Assembly: GCA_023150565.1 (NCBI GenBank)
Contig: JAKLKR010000004.1
Location: 1 to 64,000, forward strand
Reading direction: 5' to 3'
Length of the DNA: 64,000 bases
From: Planctomycetota bacterium
GTDB lineage: Bacteria > Planctomycetota > UBA11346
Part shown: positions 19,001 to 26,832 of the stretch, in pieces
Position numbering within the stretch: position 1 is the first letter of the stretch
How the letters are laid out: each line of letters begins with the position of its first letter
The notes under the pieces: generated by a model
Seen by the model: only the letters and a program-made list of their open reading frames with translations
Database searches by the model: none
What the model was told of the DNA's origin: nothing
Made by a program: the position numbers and the translations under genes

Positions 19001-21339
19001 AAAGAGGTCTGGTACCCCAGCGGATCGAGGACCTTCACCAAGCGATCGCAGCAGGTGCCATACTGGAAGGTGGTCACATTGCCGCGGAAGTCGCTCTCGG
19101 TGGCCTTCTTGCGACTCAAGGTATAGGTCGTGGTCTTGGTTGCCGTGACAGGGGTCCCCACTGCCACCGATTGGCTCGCCCGCAGATTCCGGCCCGTGTA
19201 GGTATACTCGGTCACCGTCCCACGGGCGTCCGTGGCGCGGATCACATTGTTGGCGCCATCAAAGGCAAAGGTCGTGGTTCCTGCCTCGGGCATGCCCGTG
19301 GCCTCGGTGCGCGCTACGAGACGGCCCCGGCCATCGTAAGCCATGCTTTGTACCGCCCCGCGACCGTTCGTGGCCGTCACCTCCTGGGACTCGGCGTCCA
19401 GGGTCCGATCGGTGATGACATAGTTGGGGTTGGCGGTGAGAATCCGCGCCAATCCATTGAGGAAGGTTTGGCACTGGGTGGGATCGCTGGGAGCCGCCAC
19501 GGTTCCCGGCAGCAGTTCCTGCACCGTCCGCACCGGGCGTTGCAGGCTATCATAAGCCCGCCACGTGCGCCGACCGTAGGGGTCGGTCACCGCTTGGAGA
19601 CGGTTCTTGGTGTCATAGGCGTACTGGGTCAGCAGGGTCGTCGACGCCGAAGCAGCCACCGTCTCCTTGGTGGTGCGACGGCGCGTGTCGTACTGGAAGG
19701 TCGACAGCGTCCCATCCACAGTCTTCGTGTCGACCAGAGTCGTGCCCGGCTGGTAGGTCCAGGCCGTTGAGGCGAGCACGGTGGCGCCGGTCGGAGGTAG
19801 CCTGCGCGTGCTGATGCGTCGTCCCGCCCCGTCATAGCCATGCTCGGTGCGGTTTCCGTTGCGATCAATCTCTACTGCGACCAGGTTGGCGTCGACGCCC
19901 GTCCCGTACACGGTCTGGTCGGTGCTGCCATCGGCATAGGTCTTGGTGGTGAGCCGGTTGCGCGAGTCGTAAGCCAGCTGGGTGGTGACCGTTCCCGTTC
20001 CACCAGGAGCAGTGATCTGGGTCACGCGGCCATTGCCGTCATACCCATACGAGGTCACCGCTCGCGGGCCGCCGGCCTGGTCGGCCGGTTCGGTAACGCT
20101 GGCCAACTGGCCGAGGGCATCGTACGCGAAATCCGTGCGGTTGCCGCGCGGATCGGTTTCCGATGCCCGGCGGGCCACGCCATTCACGGTCGTGTAGGTG
20201 TATGTCCAGGTCGCGGTATCCGCCGTGGTCTCGGTGAGCTGGGTGGTCGAATTCCAGCGCAGGCCGACGGTCTTGGTCAGTTGATTGCCCTGGCTGTCGA
20301 AGGTACCGGCCTCGGCCCGCTTGAGCCGATCCACCGACAAGGTCATGCGCTGATTCTGGTCATAGCGCACCAGGGAGGTCGTGCCGTCCGGGTAGGTGGC
20401 CTGGCTGAGGTGGCCATCGGTCCCATAGGTCACCGTCAATGCCAGACCCTGCGGGCTGACCAGCTTGGACGGGGTCCCTCGGTACCATTCGCGCACAGCG
20501 GAGGCCGCCTTGTACGAGTCCGTGCCGTAGGTGGATTCCCAGTTCGCCTTGACGTGGGCGTAGGTCACCGGCGAGGTCGGGGTCGCCTGTTCGATGTACC
20601 AGGTTTTGGCAAACTGCCGCCGGTGCTCCAGGTCGCCCGGCATGTAGAAGGCATCGTAGTACATCCGCCCGGCACCCTCGTAGATGTACGGGGCCGTTCC
20701 CCAGGGGTGGGGGAAGTTCAGATACGATACCTCGTCGGCGCCATTGACCAGCATGCGCAAGAGCTGGGCCGACTGGGGGAAGACGCTGCCGGTGTCGGCA
20801 ATCCGCGTATAGGTGGTGGTCAGGTAGGCGGTTTTGCGCCGGTGCTCGTCCTTGGCGGCCGGATCGTTGTAGGCGACGGTGATGCATTTGGCGGAGGCCG
20901 AATAGCCGCGCACGAAGGTGGCCTGGTCGCCATTGGCCAGGGTCGCGCCCGCCAGCATGCCGCCGGAATAGGTGTAGGAGACCGACTGGTTGCCGGGGAA
21001 GTCGATCCGCTCCACCGCCCACCGACCCGACTGCTGCTGGCTGCCGTAGACGAAGGTCGCCGAGCGTCCGAAAGCGTCGGTCACCTGATTGATCTGCCAC
21101 AACCGGGCCGGCGAACCGCCGAGGTCATCCGTCGGGGCATACCGGTAGCTGACGGTCATGGCCGAACCGTCGGGTTCCTGGTACTTCACGATGCGACCCA
21201 CCCGGGCCGAACCGATGGTCACGATCTGGAAGGTACGCTGCTCGCCGTCCTTGAGGGTCAGAACCGCGGTAGCGGCCAACGCCTGGTCGGTGGTCAACTG
21301 ACCGCACAGGTGTAGATGCCGTCGAGGACATCCGTGCAC
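16069..21339 (-). CDS. RHS/YD-repeat polymorphic toxin: a large beta-rich repeat shell with a variable Lys-rich C-terminal tip.
   Basis: Dozens of YD-repeat units (YDALGRRISK, YDANGNLV, RYDAYGKQ, YDSRNRLTT...), an RHS-core-like segment (...RYF...QTIDPTGAPDHHGY), then about 190 low-GC, lysine-rich C-terminal residues at 16069..16700. No signal peptide at the annotated Met; see the frameshift finding. Confidence 0.85.
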   Translation of the reverse strand: MHGCPRRHLHLCGQLTTDQALAATAVLTLKDGEQRTFQIVTIGSARVGRIVKYQEPDGSAMTVSYRYAPTDDLGGSPARLWQINQVTDAFGRSATFVYGSQQQSGRWAVERIDFPGNQSVSYTYSGGMLAGATLANGDQATFVRGYSASAKCITVAYNDPAAKDEHRRKTAYLTTTYTRIADTGSVFPQSAQLLRMLVNGADEVSYLNFPHPWGTAPYIYEGAGRMYYDAFYMPGDLEHRRQFAKTWYIEQATPTSPVTYAHVKANWESTYGTDSYKAASAVREWYRGTPSKLVSPQGLALTVTYGTDGHLSQATYPDGTTSLVRYDQNQRMTLSVDRLKRAEAGTFDSQGNQLTKTVGLRWNSTTQLTETTADTATWTYTYTTVNGVARRASETDPRGNRTDFAYDALGQLASVTEPADQAGGPRAVTSYGYDGNGRVTQITAPGGTGTVTTQLAYDSRNRLTTKTYADGSTDQTVYGTGVDANLVAVEIDRNGNRTEHGYDGAGRRISTRRLPPTGATVLASTAWTYQPGTTLVDTKTVDGTLSTFQYDTRRRTTKETVAASASTTLLTQYAYDTKNRLQAVTDPYGRRTWRAYDSLQRPVRTVQELLPGTVAAPSDPTQCQTFLNGLARILTANPNYVITDRTLDAESQEVTATNGRGAVQSMAYDGRGRLVARTEATGMPEAGTTTFAFDGANNVIRATDARGTVTEYTYTGRNLRASQSVAVGTPVTATKTTTYTLSRKKATESDFRGNVTTFQYGTCCDRLVKVLDPLGYQTSFAYDFIGNSTSVTDANGIVGTTTYDGLNRVIAQTNGLGETTTYAYEANVVDGQGLEVANPAWIAGLNRGSGAGGLIIVATNPAGEVTVQVADGLGRELRRINGNGAAWTTAYDTVSSGLVEVRATDPVAATTVHRLDGASRARQQVDALGKVTARGFDADGNLVSHRDPLAIGFDAVFDLRNHEIGRTDTAGATTRRGYDAEGNVVSETDQLNRVQTTAFDVRNRKASETDRNGGVTQFAYDQDSNLLSITDAENKITTYVYDARSLLTQETFPAGQQTPGTTDRRSYTYDPGRRLASRTDQAGVVTTYQYDAANRLVARQYPDGLNDTYGYDTTGRLTSAVSARYGSTVRRFYTDNGEHAGRLTREEQVIGGTTYTVGYAYSADNQPTEVTYPDGTVLARTFTPRKELAQVAIGGGLVANRSYDDAGRLVATALGNGLTETRTYVPNDHLVAGIVTPGVAQFAYSYDAAKRKTAEDDGLDPQRNQAFSYDPAGRLTSWQRDGQESQNWQLSLVGDWQSITRNGVTETRTHSDVHETTSLTAAGVTTPLLYDQKGNLAQDQDGLVLTWDVENRLIQARDASNVILGSYSYDALGRRISKALGDGTVTIFVHDGARVVVEITGSIVKRFTHGTYIDEVLAFDVGAVRSFVSGNHLYSPTAVTSAAGTVVERFRYDAYGKQAVLAPDGTLRGAAVAGLGRGFTGFYYDVETALLYARSRYFSSKAGSYVSRNENSAGPGWGYVDLFEEGVELMYVDMLSKDGVYVDGMTMYLGGIGMFQTIDPTGAPDHHGYPLHLGGSNDQPLWDLTKEQHDAVHDYFRKEGMPKENPEKALEKWKGLSDAQREEHIRESLRKAGIPDSEIDKHMDEMKKGSNPNKKTERGKHSKKKIDGRKHAPPKPVAGAGVGTKVVRKVAGKALFVLNVYDVYDQGAKEQDSINDWLKDCMSSCYGDSSCEEKCRDSHKKQTVANSLQTVCRWAF

Positions 21340-21923
21340 CCCCAGGGGTTCGACCAGGACCCGTCGGTGAACTTGCGGCTGTTGAGCGCCAGCGGATCGA
21401 AGTACTCGATGTGCCGCTCGCCGGCGGCGTCCACCGTCAGGTACAACTTGGTGTCGAAGGTCTGGAAAACGCCCGGGCCATAACTGCTGTCTACGGTCAT
21501 GTCGCGGTAGCGATGCACGCGATGAAGCGCGAGGCTGGGCAGGGCATTACGCTGGCGCAACTGGCCCAAGGCATGCTCCGACACGCACGACGCACACCCG
21601 CCCAGGGTGGTGTCCAACCGGTAGTCATCAGCAAAATGAAGGTGATTCAGTGACAAGTTGTCAATCAACGAGCCACTGCTGCATTCAGTGGTGCTATCAG
21701 ACCATTTACTCAACACACTGCCATCTGCCTTGCATATGACACCAGACTCTATTGTCGTGGTGGTGCAGGTTTTGCTGTGCGTGACGTTATCACATACTGT
21801 CGTTACTGTATTGGAGGTGACATTTTCCCCAAGTACCTTCGTAACCGTTTGGCCTCCCTCAGCCGCGGCAAGAGACCCCATTGCAATCAATGATGCAACA
21901 CCAAGGCGAGTTGACATGGACAT
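21294..21923 (-). CDS. Sec-signal, Cys/Thr-rich secreted ORF, probably the true N-terminus of the RHS toxin, separated from it by a single frameshift or stop.
   Basis: Signal peptide MSMSTRLGVASLIAMGSLAAA. The ORF ends ...DGIYTCAVS* while the RHS frame begins immediately at the overlapping MHGCPRR...GQLTTDQ. The two ORFs overlap by 46 nt in different frames. The N-terminal part is low-GC. Confidence 0.55.
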   Translation of the reverse strand: MSMSTRLGVASLIAMGSLAAAEGGQTVTKVLGENVTSNTVTTVCDNVTHSKTCTTTTIESGVICKADGSVLSKWSDSTTECSSGSLIDNLSLNHLHFADDYRLDTTLGGCASCVSEHALGQLRQRNALPSLALHRVHRYRDMTVDSSYGPGVFQTFDTKLYLTVDAAGERHIEYFDPLALNSRKFTDGSWSNPWGCTDVLDGIYTCAVS

Positions 21924-21962
21924 GTGGATGGTCCTTTGGGTATGCGAATGCAGGTAGGATGA

Positions 21963-22790
21963 TCAGGGGGTCGCGGTTGCTGCCGGCACTCCGGCTGCAG
22001 CCACGGGTAGTGGAGTGATGGGATGGCCGGGAACGGTGAGAGTGAAGCGCACCTGGCCGCTCGCCATCGGGCTGCCGGCCAGGATGTTCACCTGTCCCGA
22101 CACGCCCGGGGTGGCAGTGAAGGTCACCAAGGCCACGCCATCGCGGTCAGCCGCCACCGTGATGGACGGCAGCTTGTTGTCGAAGGACCCCAAGTCGAAG
22201 GAGGTCCACGAAACAGCGGCCCCAGGAATCGCCTTCACGCGCAGGGAGGTCGACTCACCGCGCGCCACCGTTGCGGCGGTCGGCCCCTCAGCCACGAGGA
22301 TGGGGGCCGTCGGAGATGGCTGCGCCGTTTGGAAGACCCGACCCGGTTCGGTAACTGCCAGATACCCCGACGGGTTGGTATTCCACGCAACCTGGTCAAA
22401 GGCTGCCGGAGCAATCATCGGCGAGAGGCGTTCAGGGTGTTGATCGGACTGCGCGGCGTCAGCAACGGACTTGACCTGCGGGTTGGCGTCGGCCTTGACC
22501 GGCTGGGTCGTCCACGGCTTGGTGATATCCGTATCGGCCGTTTGGGCCGCATCTGCGCCTGCCGCCTGGGCCAGCGCAGCGGGGGCCTTATTGGCCGCCG
22601 GAGTGCCTACCGCCGGAGCCTGCGATGCCATTGGTGAGGGAGAAGACGTGTTTTTCGCTGAGTCCACGCCGGTCGGCGACGGGGATCGCAGGGCAAACAC
22701 GGCAATCGCGATGACCGCGATGGCAACTGCTAGGGCAATGAGGGGGCGAGTCACGGGGCGGAGTCTTACTTTTCCCCCGTAGTCGGTCAA
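21963..22790 (-). CDS. Membrane-anchored periplasmic hypothetical protein, between gspM and the RHS gene.
   Basis: N-terminal TM helix RPLIALAVAIAVIAIAVFAL, then an Ala/Pro/Thr-rich linker and a beta-rich C-terminal domain. Same strand and close spacing as the gsp genes. Confidence 0.45.
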   Translation of the reverse strand: MTDYGGKVRLRPVTRPLIALAVAIAVIAIAVFALRSPSPTGVDSAKNTSSPSPMASQAPAVGTPAANKAPAALAQAAGADAAQTADTDITKPWTTQPVKADANPQVKSVADAAQSDQHPERLSPMIAPAAFDQVAWNTNPSGYLAVTEPGRVFQTAQPSPTAPILVAEGPTAATVARGESTSLRVKAIPGAAVSWTSFDLGSFDNKLPSITVAADRDGVALVTFTATPGVSGQVNILAGSPMASGQVRFTLTVPGHPITPLPVAAAGVPAATATP

Positions 22791-22845
22791 GTGATGATCT
22801 CTTCATCAATTACGTCGAACCTTCATGCCAAACGATGACCGCATC

Positions 22846-23352
22846 TCACTCATATGAGGTGGCCGCCATCAGCACCGTCGCTTCAAAGCGGTTGCCCTGG
22901 CCGACAATCCTGGCCACGTCCAGCCCGATCACCTGCCAGGCCGGGTTCTGCCCCTGCCAGGACCCCAACCACCCGCCTAAGTCAGCCGGCGACAGCCCAC
23001 GCAGCTGCACTTGGGCGCTCACCCGTCGGACACCCCCGGTACCGCCCGGCTCGCTGCGCGGGGTGATGCCTTGGCAGGCGGTGGGGGGAACCCCCGCCGC
23101 TGCTAAACTCTGGTGCACCCGTGCGACCAGGTCGGCATCCGGCCGTGCGCCCGTCACCGCCACCCCCTGCTGACGTAGCTCGGCGAGACGATCAATCTGG
23201 CGCTGCTGGATTGAAGCCTCTCCGCGCGCCGTCTCCAGCGCGTCCGCAGCCGACCCCCAGCGCCACCAGGCCCACAGCAGCACCAGCCAGAAAGCCACAG
23301 TCCATGCCACTGCCGGCATCAGCCAGGGACGAGTTGAAGACGTGAACATCAT
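22846..23352 (-). CDS. gspM: T2SS GspM / PilO-like inner-membrane protein.
   Basis: About 160 aa, a single N-terminal TM helix (AVAWTVAFWLVLLWAWW), then a coiled-coil. Its position follows the gspL-like gene with a 4-nt overlap. Confidence 0.45.
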   Translation of the reverse strand: MMFTSSTRPWLMPAVAWTVAFWLVLLWAWWRWGSAADALETARGEASIQQRQIDRLAELRQQGVAVTGARPDADLVARVHQSLAAAGVPPTACQGITPRSEPGGTGGVRRVSAQVQLRGLSPADLGGWLGSWQGQNPAWQVIGLDVARIVGQGNRFEATVLMAATSYE

Positions 23353-24215
23353 CGCCCACCTCCAGCGGCAGCCCGCTCGGGGACTAGGGCGATGACAAAC
23401 GCTGCCTGGGCATCCTGCTGCTGCACCTGCAACGGCTCACAGCGCCAGCCCGCAGGCGGAGCACCTGCCAGCGCAGCGCGGAGCCGGTCAGCCTCCGCCA
23501 TGCCGGGCGCCCGGCCACGGATGACGATGCGTTCACCGGTGGCGGTGAGTGCCAACACCTGAATGCGCAGGTCACGGGGCCATGACCGCCAGAGCTGATC
23601 TACCACCGGAACTACGGCTGGTGCGGTGGAGCGTCCTGCCCCGGCCGCCTGTTCCAGGCGACGGGTCTCCGCCAGCAGGCGCAGTTCCGGGTGGAGGTCC
23701 TGGGGTGGCGCCTGCACTGCCGCCACCACCGCCCGCCGGGTCTGGATACGCAGGGCCTCGGCGGCATGAGCGGCTGCGCGAGCACGTCGCTCAACCCCGA
23801 CCACCACCAACAACAGGATCAGGGCACAGGCCCCATGAATGATCCAGGCCCGTCGCTGACGCCAGGTGCGCCGCACCGCCGGCTCGAACGGGCCAACCAG
23901 CAGGTTCAGCCGCTGGCACAGGTCGGCGGGTACCGCCGGCTCGTCCCGCAGCGGGGCAGGCAAGCCATCCGGCACCAACGTCCAATGCTGGGACCCCAGA
24001 TCCCCGCGCCCAGCCAGGTAGGCTTGGAATCGCTCCGGTTCGATCCCCACCACCACCACCCGACCATCCGGCAGGGGGGTGGCGACATGGTGCAATCGCT
24101 CCACCGGCAGCGGCAGCACCCGCTCCCAGCGAAAAGAGACCGACATGCGCCGCCCAGGCATCGGCGCCACCAGACCCCAATACAGCTCCTCGGCCGGAAT
24201 CGTGGCGCCGGTCAT
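23349..24215 (-). CDS. gspL: T2SS GspL-like protein (cytoplasmic domain, TM helix, periplasmic domain).
   Basis: About 290 aa with a central TM helix AWIIHGACALILLLVVVGV. Its position in the operon lies between the gspK-proximal gene and the gspM-like gene. Confidence 0.45.
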   Translation of the reverse strand: MTGATIPAEELYWGLVAPMPGRRMSVSFRWERVLPLPVERLHHVATPLPDGRVVVVGIEPERFQAYLAGRGDLGSQHWTLVPDGLPAPLRDEPAVPADLCQRLNLLVGPFEPAVRRTWRQRRAWIIHGACALILLLVVVGVERRARAAAHAAEALRIQTRRAVVAAVQAPPQDLHPELRLLAETRRLEQAAGAGRSTAPAVVPVVDQLWRSWPRDLRIQVLALTATGERIVIRGRAPGMAEADRLRAALAGAPPAGWRCEPLQVQQQDAQAAFVIALVPERAAAGGGR

Positions 24216-24670
24216 CGAGCCAACTCCAGGCGCTGCTCGCCCTGATCACCCCGCACCGTCACACCCTGGGCGTCGACGGCCACCACCTGCCAACGACCGC
24301 CGGCCAGACTGGCGCCAGCAGTCACCAGGGTCAGTCCACTGCCATCCCCAGGGTCGATGGCTGCCTGCCAGGTTTCGCCCCGGCGCAGGATCGAGAGCAG
24401 CACGGGCTTCACCATGGTAGAAGCCGCCTGACCGCCCTCGCCGGGAGCCAGGTCCACCGCCCAATGCAGGGGCGAGATGGTCGCGGCAGGGTTGGGCGCA
24501 GACGCCAGCGGGCGCACCGTCTGCTCAGGGCCCACGAACGCCGGCAGGGGAAGGAAGGCCCACACACCGACGGCCGCCACCACCACCCCGAGCGCCAGGG
24601 CGCACCCCAGCACCTGGGCGCGCACCGCGCGTTCAGGGGGCGCGCTCATCGGCACGCGGTGGGCAGTCAT
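24212..24670 (-). CDS. Membrane-anchored periplasmic protein, possibly GspC/PilP-like.
   Basis: N-terminal TM helix VLGCALALGVVVAAVGVWAFL. A small periplasmic domain. Located between gspK and gspL. Confidence 0.35.
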   Translation of the reverse strand: MTAHRVPMSAPPERAVRAQVLGCALALGVVVAAVGVWAFLPLPAFVGPEQTVRPLASAPNPAATISPLHWAVDLAPGEGGQAASTMVKPVLLSILRRGETWQAAIDPGDGSGLTLVTAGASLAGGRWQVVAVDAQGVTVRGDQGEQRLELAR

Positions 24671-25544
24671 GGCGCTGCACGATGCGACATGCCCCCGGAT
24701 TGCCAGCCATCACCACCCACCAGGCACGGGCACGACCGTCGACCCAGGCATCCACCCGGATGCACCAGCGATCCGACGTGGCCACCCACACCAGGGGACC
24801 CCCTGCGGACGATGGCGCCGCGCTGACCTGCCCTTGCTGGCGATGGGCCAGCACCTCGGCCACCGCGATGCCCGGGATGACGTGGGCCGCGGAGCGCAGG
24901 AGAGCCTCGGGAGCGGTGTTGAGATTGATGCGCCCATCGGAATGCGCGGCGAGCACCAGCGCCAGCGCCGGCGGGGGATCGCTCACGCCCAGGGGTGGCG
25001 GACCATCCCCGGCGAGAGACGGCAGGCCGATCTCACGGCAGGTCACCCAGGACGGCAGGGCGCTGGCCGGCACTGCCGGAAAGCGGGTCCACCCCCCGGG
25101 TACCGGCAGCCGTTCCAGCCAGTCCGAAGTCGAACCGGTCAACGGGGGCGGATCCTCGGAGATGGCCGCCGCCAGTGGACCCGGCACCTGATCGCGCAGG
25201 GCGCCGGTCGGGCCAGCACAGGACGGTGGGATGCCCGCCAGGCCATCGAACACCGTCACCACCAGGGCCGCCTGGCCCCCCGCTGTCACCCAGCGATCCG
25301 CGCACACCACCGTGCCACCGCCTGCCGGTGGCAGCACTAGGCGTTGGCCGTGCTGGGCCAGCCACCGCTGGGCCAGCCGTTCCCCCAGGTCGCGGAGGGC
25401 ATGCAGGCGGGCGTCCTCGTCGGCGGCGGCACCATGGGCGGTCGCGCTGCCGATAGCCACCACCCCGGTGGTGATGGCCGCGAGCACCACCACCACCGCC
25501 GCCAGGGCGATGAGCAGGGCCACGCCCGCGCGCGAACGCGTCAC
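24633..25544 (-). CDS. gspK: T2SS minor pseudopilin GspK.
   Basis: Hydrophobic N-terminal segment AGVALLIALAAVVVVLAAI and the GspK hallmark INLNTAPEALL. I chose the GTG start at 25544, overlapping the gspJ stop. The ORF-track 5' extension to 25718 is an implausible Gly/Pro/Arg-rich segment. Confidence 0.65.
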   Translation of the reverse strand: MTRSRAGVALLIALAAVVVVLAAITTGVVAIGSATAHGAAADEDARLHALRDLGERLAQRWLAQHGQRLVLPPAGGGTVVCADRWVTAGGQAALVVTVFDGLAGIPPSCAGPTGALRDQVPGPLAAAISEDPPPLTGSTSDWLERLPVPGGWTRFPAVPASALPSWVTCREIGLPSLAGDGPPPLGVSDPPPALALVLAAHSDGRINLNTAPEALLRSAAHVIPGIAVAEVLAHRQQGQVSAAPSSAGGPLVWVATSDRWCIRVDAWVDGRARAWWVVMAGNPGACRIVQRHDCPPRADERAP

Positions 25545-26032
25545 GGCTCGGCCCCGATGAGAAAACGCCAGGGTTCTCCGGTGGGCTGATCGCTGAGGGT
25601 GAGCCACCAGCGTTGCTGACCATCCTGGGTGACCTGGACCTGGGCACACCAGCGCGCCACCAGGGTGGGCTGGGCACCGACCACCCCGCGCCACAGGGCC
25701 CGGTCGGCCGCAACCCACACCCAGCGCACGGCATGGGCACCGGCCGGGTCACCCGGGGTCGGCTGCAGGGTGGTGTAGTGCAGCAGCAGGTCGGGAGTCG
25801 GGGTGACGCGCTTGCCCTGGGAGTTGGGAACCGACGCGGCCAGGTCGTCGCGCAGACTGCGGGCGATCTGCACCGCGGCGGCGAACGCCTGCAGACGCGC
25901 CTCGGTGGTACGCGCCGCGCGCACCTCGGTAGCGGTCCAGGCGAAGAGCCCGACGGCGAGGAGGCCCAGCACGCTGATGGCGGCGACCACTTCGATCAGG
26001 GTCATGCCGGATCGCGGCACGCGGCACCGCAT
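25541..26032 (-). CDS. gspJ: T2SS minor pseudopilin GspJ-like.
   Basis: Prepilin-type N-terminus: leader MRCRVPRSG, then MTLIEVVAAISVLGLLAV. Overlaps the gspI stop by 1 nt. Confidence 0.6.
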   Translation of the reverse strand: MRCRVPRSGMTLIEVVAAISVLGLLAVGLFAWTATEVRAARTTEARLQAFAAAVQIARSLRDDLAASVPNSQGKRVTPTPDLLLHYTTLQPTPGDPAGAHAVRWVWVAADRALWRGVVGAQPTLVARWCAQVQVTQDGQQRWWLTLSDQPTGEPWRFLIGAEP

Positions 26033-26406
26033 CAGGGCAGCCCTGGTTCGGGCAGGAGATGGATGTGTTCCGCTACCCGGCGGGCGGTGGGATCAGCCCC
26101 CGTCGCCACCACCACCAGGGCATACCGCCGCGGTGGACTGCCCGCAGCCAGCGGCCCATCGGCGTCCACGGCAAAGGCCTGCACCCACCAGCCCAGATGG
26201 CCGTCGATGGGTTCGTTGACCGGCAAGGGGCGCGCGGTGACGGTTGCCACATGCTGGTCGAGCCAGGCGCGGGCCGCCACCCGTTCCTCGGCGCCACCGC
26301 TGCGCCGATGCAGGCGCATGGTCCAGGGCACCACCACCGCGGCCACCAGCCCCACCACCACCGCCGCGGCGAGGACCTCCAGCAGCGAGAAGCCGCGGGT
26401 GGTCAT
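26032..26406 (-). CDS. gspI: T2SS minor pseudopilin GspI-like.
   Basis: MTTRGFSLLEVLAAAVVVGLVAAVVV prepilin N-terminus, about 124 aa. Confidence 0.6.
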   Translation of the reverse strand: MTTRGFSLLEVLAAAVVVGLVAAVVVPWTMRLHRRSGGAEERVAARAWLDQHVATVTARPLPVNEPIDGHLGWWVQAFAVDADGPLAAGSPPRRYALVVVATGADPTARRVAEHIHLLPEPGLP

Positions 26407-26828
26407 TCCGCCACCCAGGTGCCAGCAATGCCCTGGACCTGCCAGGCGCTGACCCCGGCGGCGGTGGTCAGGGTCAGGCGCAGATCCTGGTGCCGCCCAT
26501 GGGCATCAATGGCTAGGCGGTCGATGGGTTGGCCCCGGGCGTCCTGCCAGGAACAGCTGGCCTCGGGAAGTCTGCCATCGGCCACGGCGGTCGGGGTGCG
26601 TGGCCAGGTCAGGCCCTGCGCCACCAGGTCCACGGTCAGGCCACGACCCACCGCCGCCAATCGGGCTTCATCTAGGCAGCGGGCCAGCTCCGGAGCAGCC
26701 GTACCGGTGCGGGCCCGCAGCAGGCTGGGAGCGACGACGGCGGCGACCAAGCCCAGCAGGACCACCACCGCCAGCACCTCGACCAGGGTCATGGCGGTTC
26801 GGCGCGACAGGGATGCGCGGGACGGCAT
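26403..26828 (-). CDS. gspH: T2SS pseudopilin GspH-like.
   Basis: AMTLVEVLAVVVLLGLVAAVV prepilin-type helix. I chose Met MPSRASLSRRTA at 26828, about 5 nt after the gspD stop. The ORF-track start at 27014 is probably too far upstream. Confidence 0.55.
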   Translation of the reverse strand: MPSRASLSRRTAMTLVEVLAVVVLLGLVAAVVAPSLLRARTGTAAPELARCLDEARLAAVGRGLTVDLVAQGLTWPRTPTAVADGRLPEASCSWQDARGQPIDRLAIDAHGRHQDLRLTLTTAAGVSAWQVQGIAGTWVAE

Positions 26829-26832
26829 CGGC

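Noticed and set aside
17044-21315. Long plus-strand ORFs (908 aa and 491 aa) opposite the RHS gene.
   Set aside because: Antisense shadow ORFs with Gly/Arg/Ala-rich composition and no domains. The minus strand carries an unambiguous YD-repeat protein.
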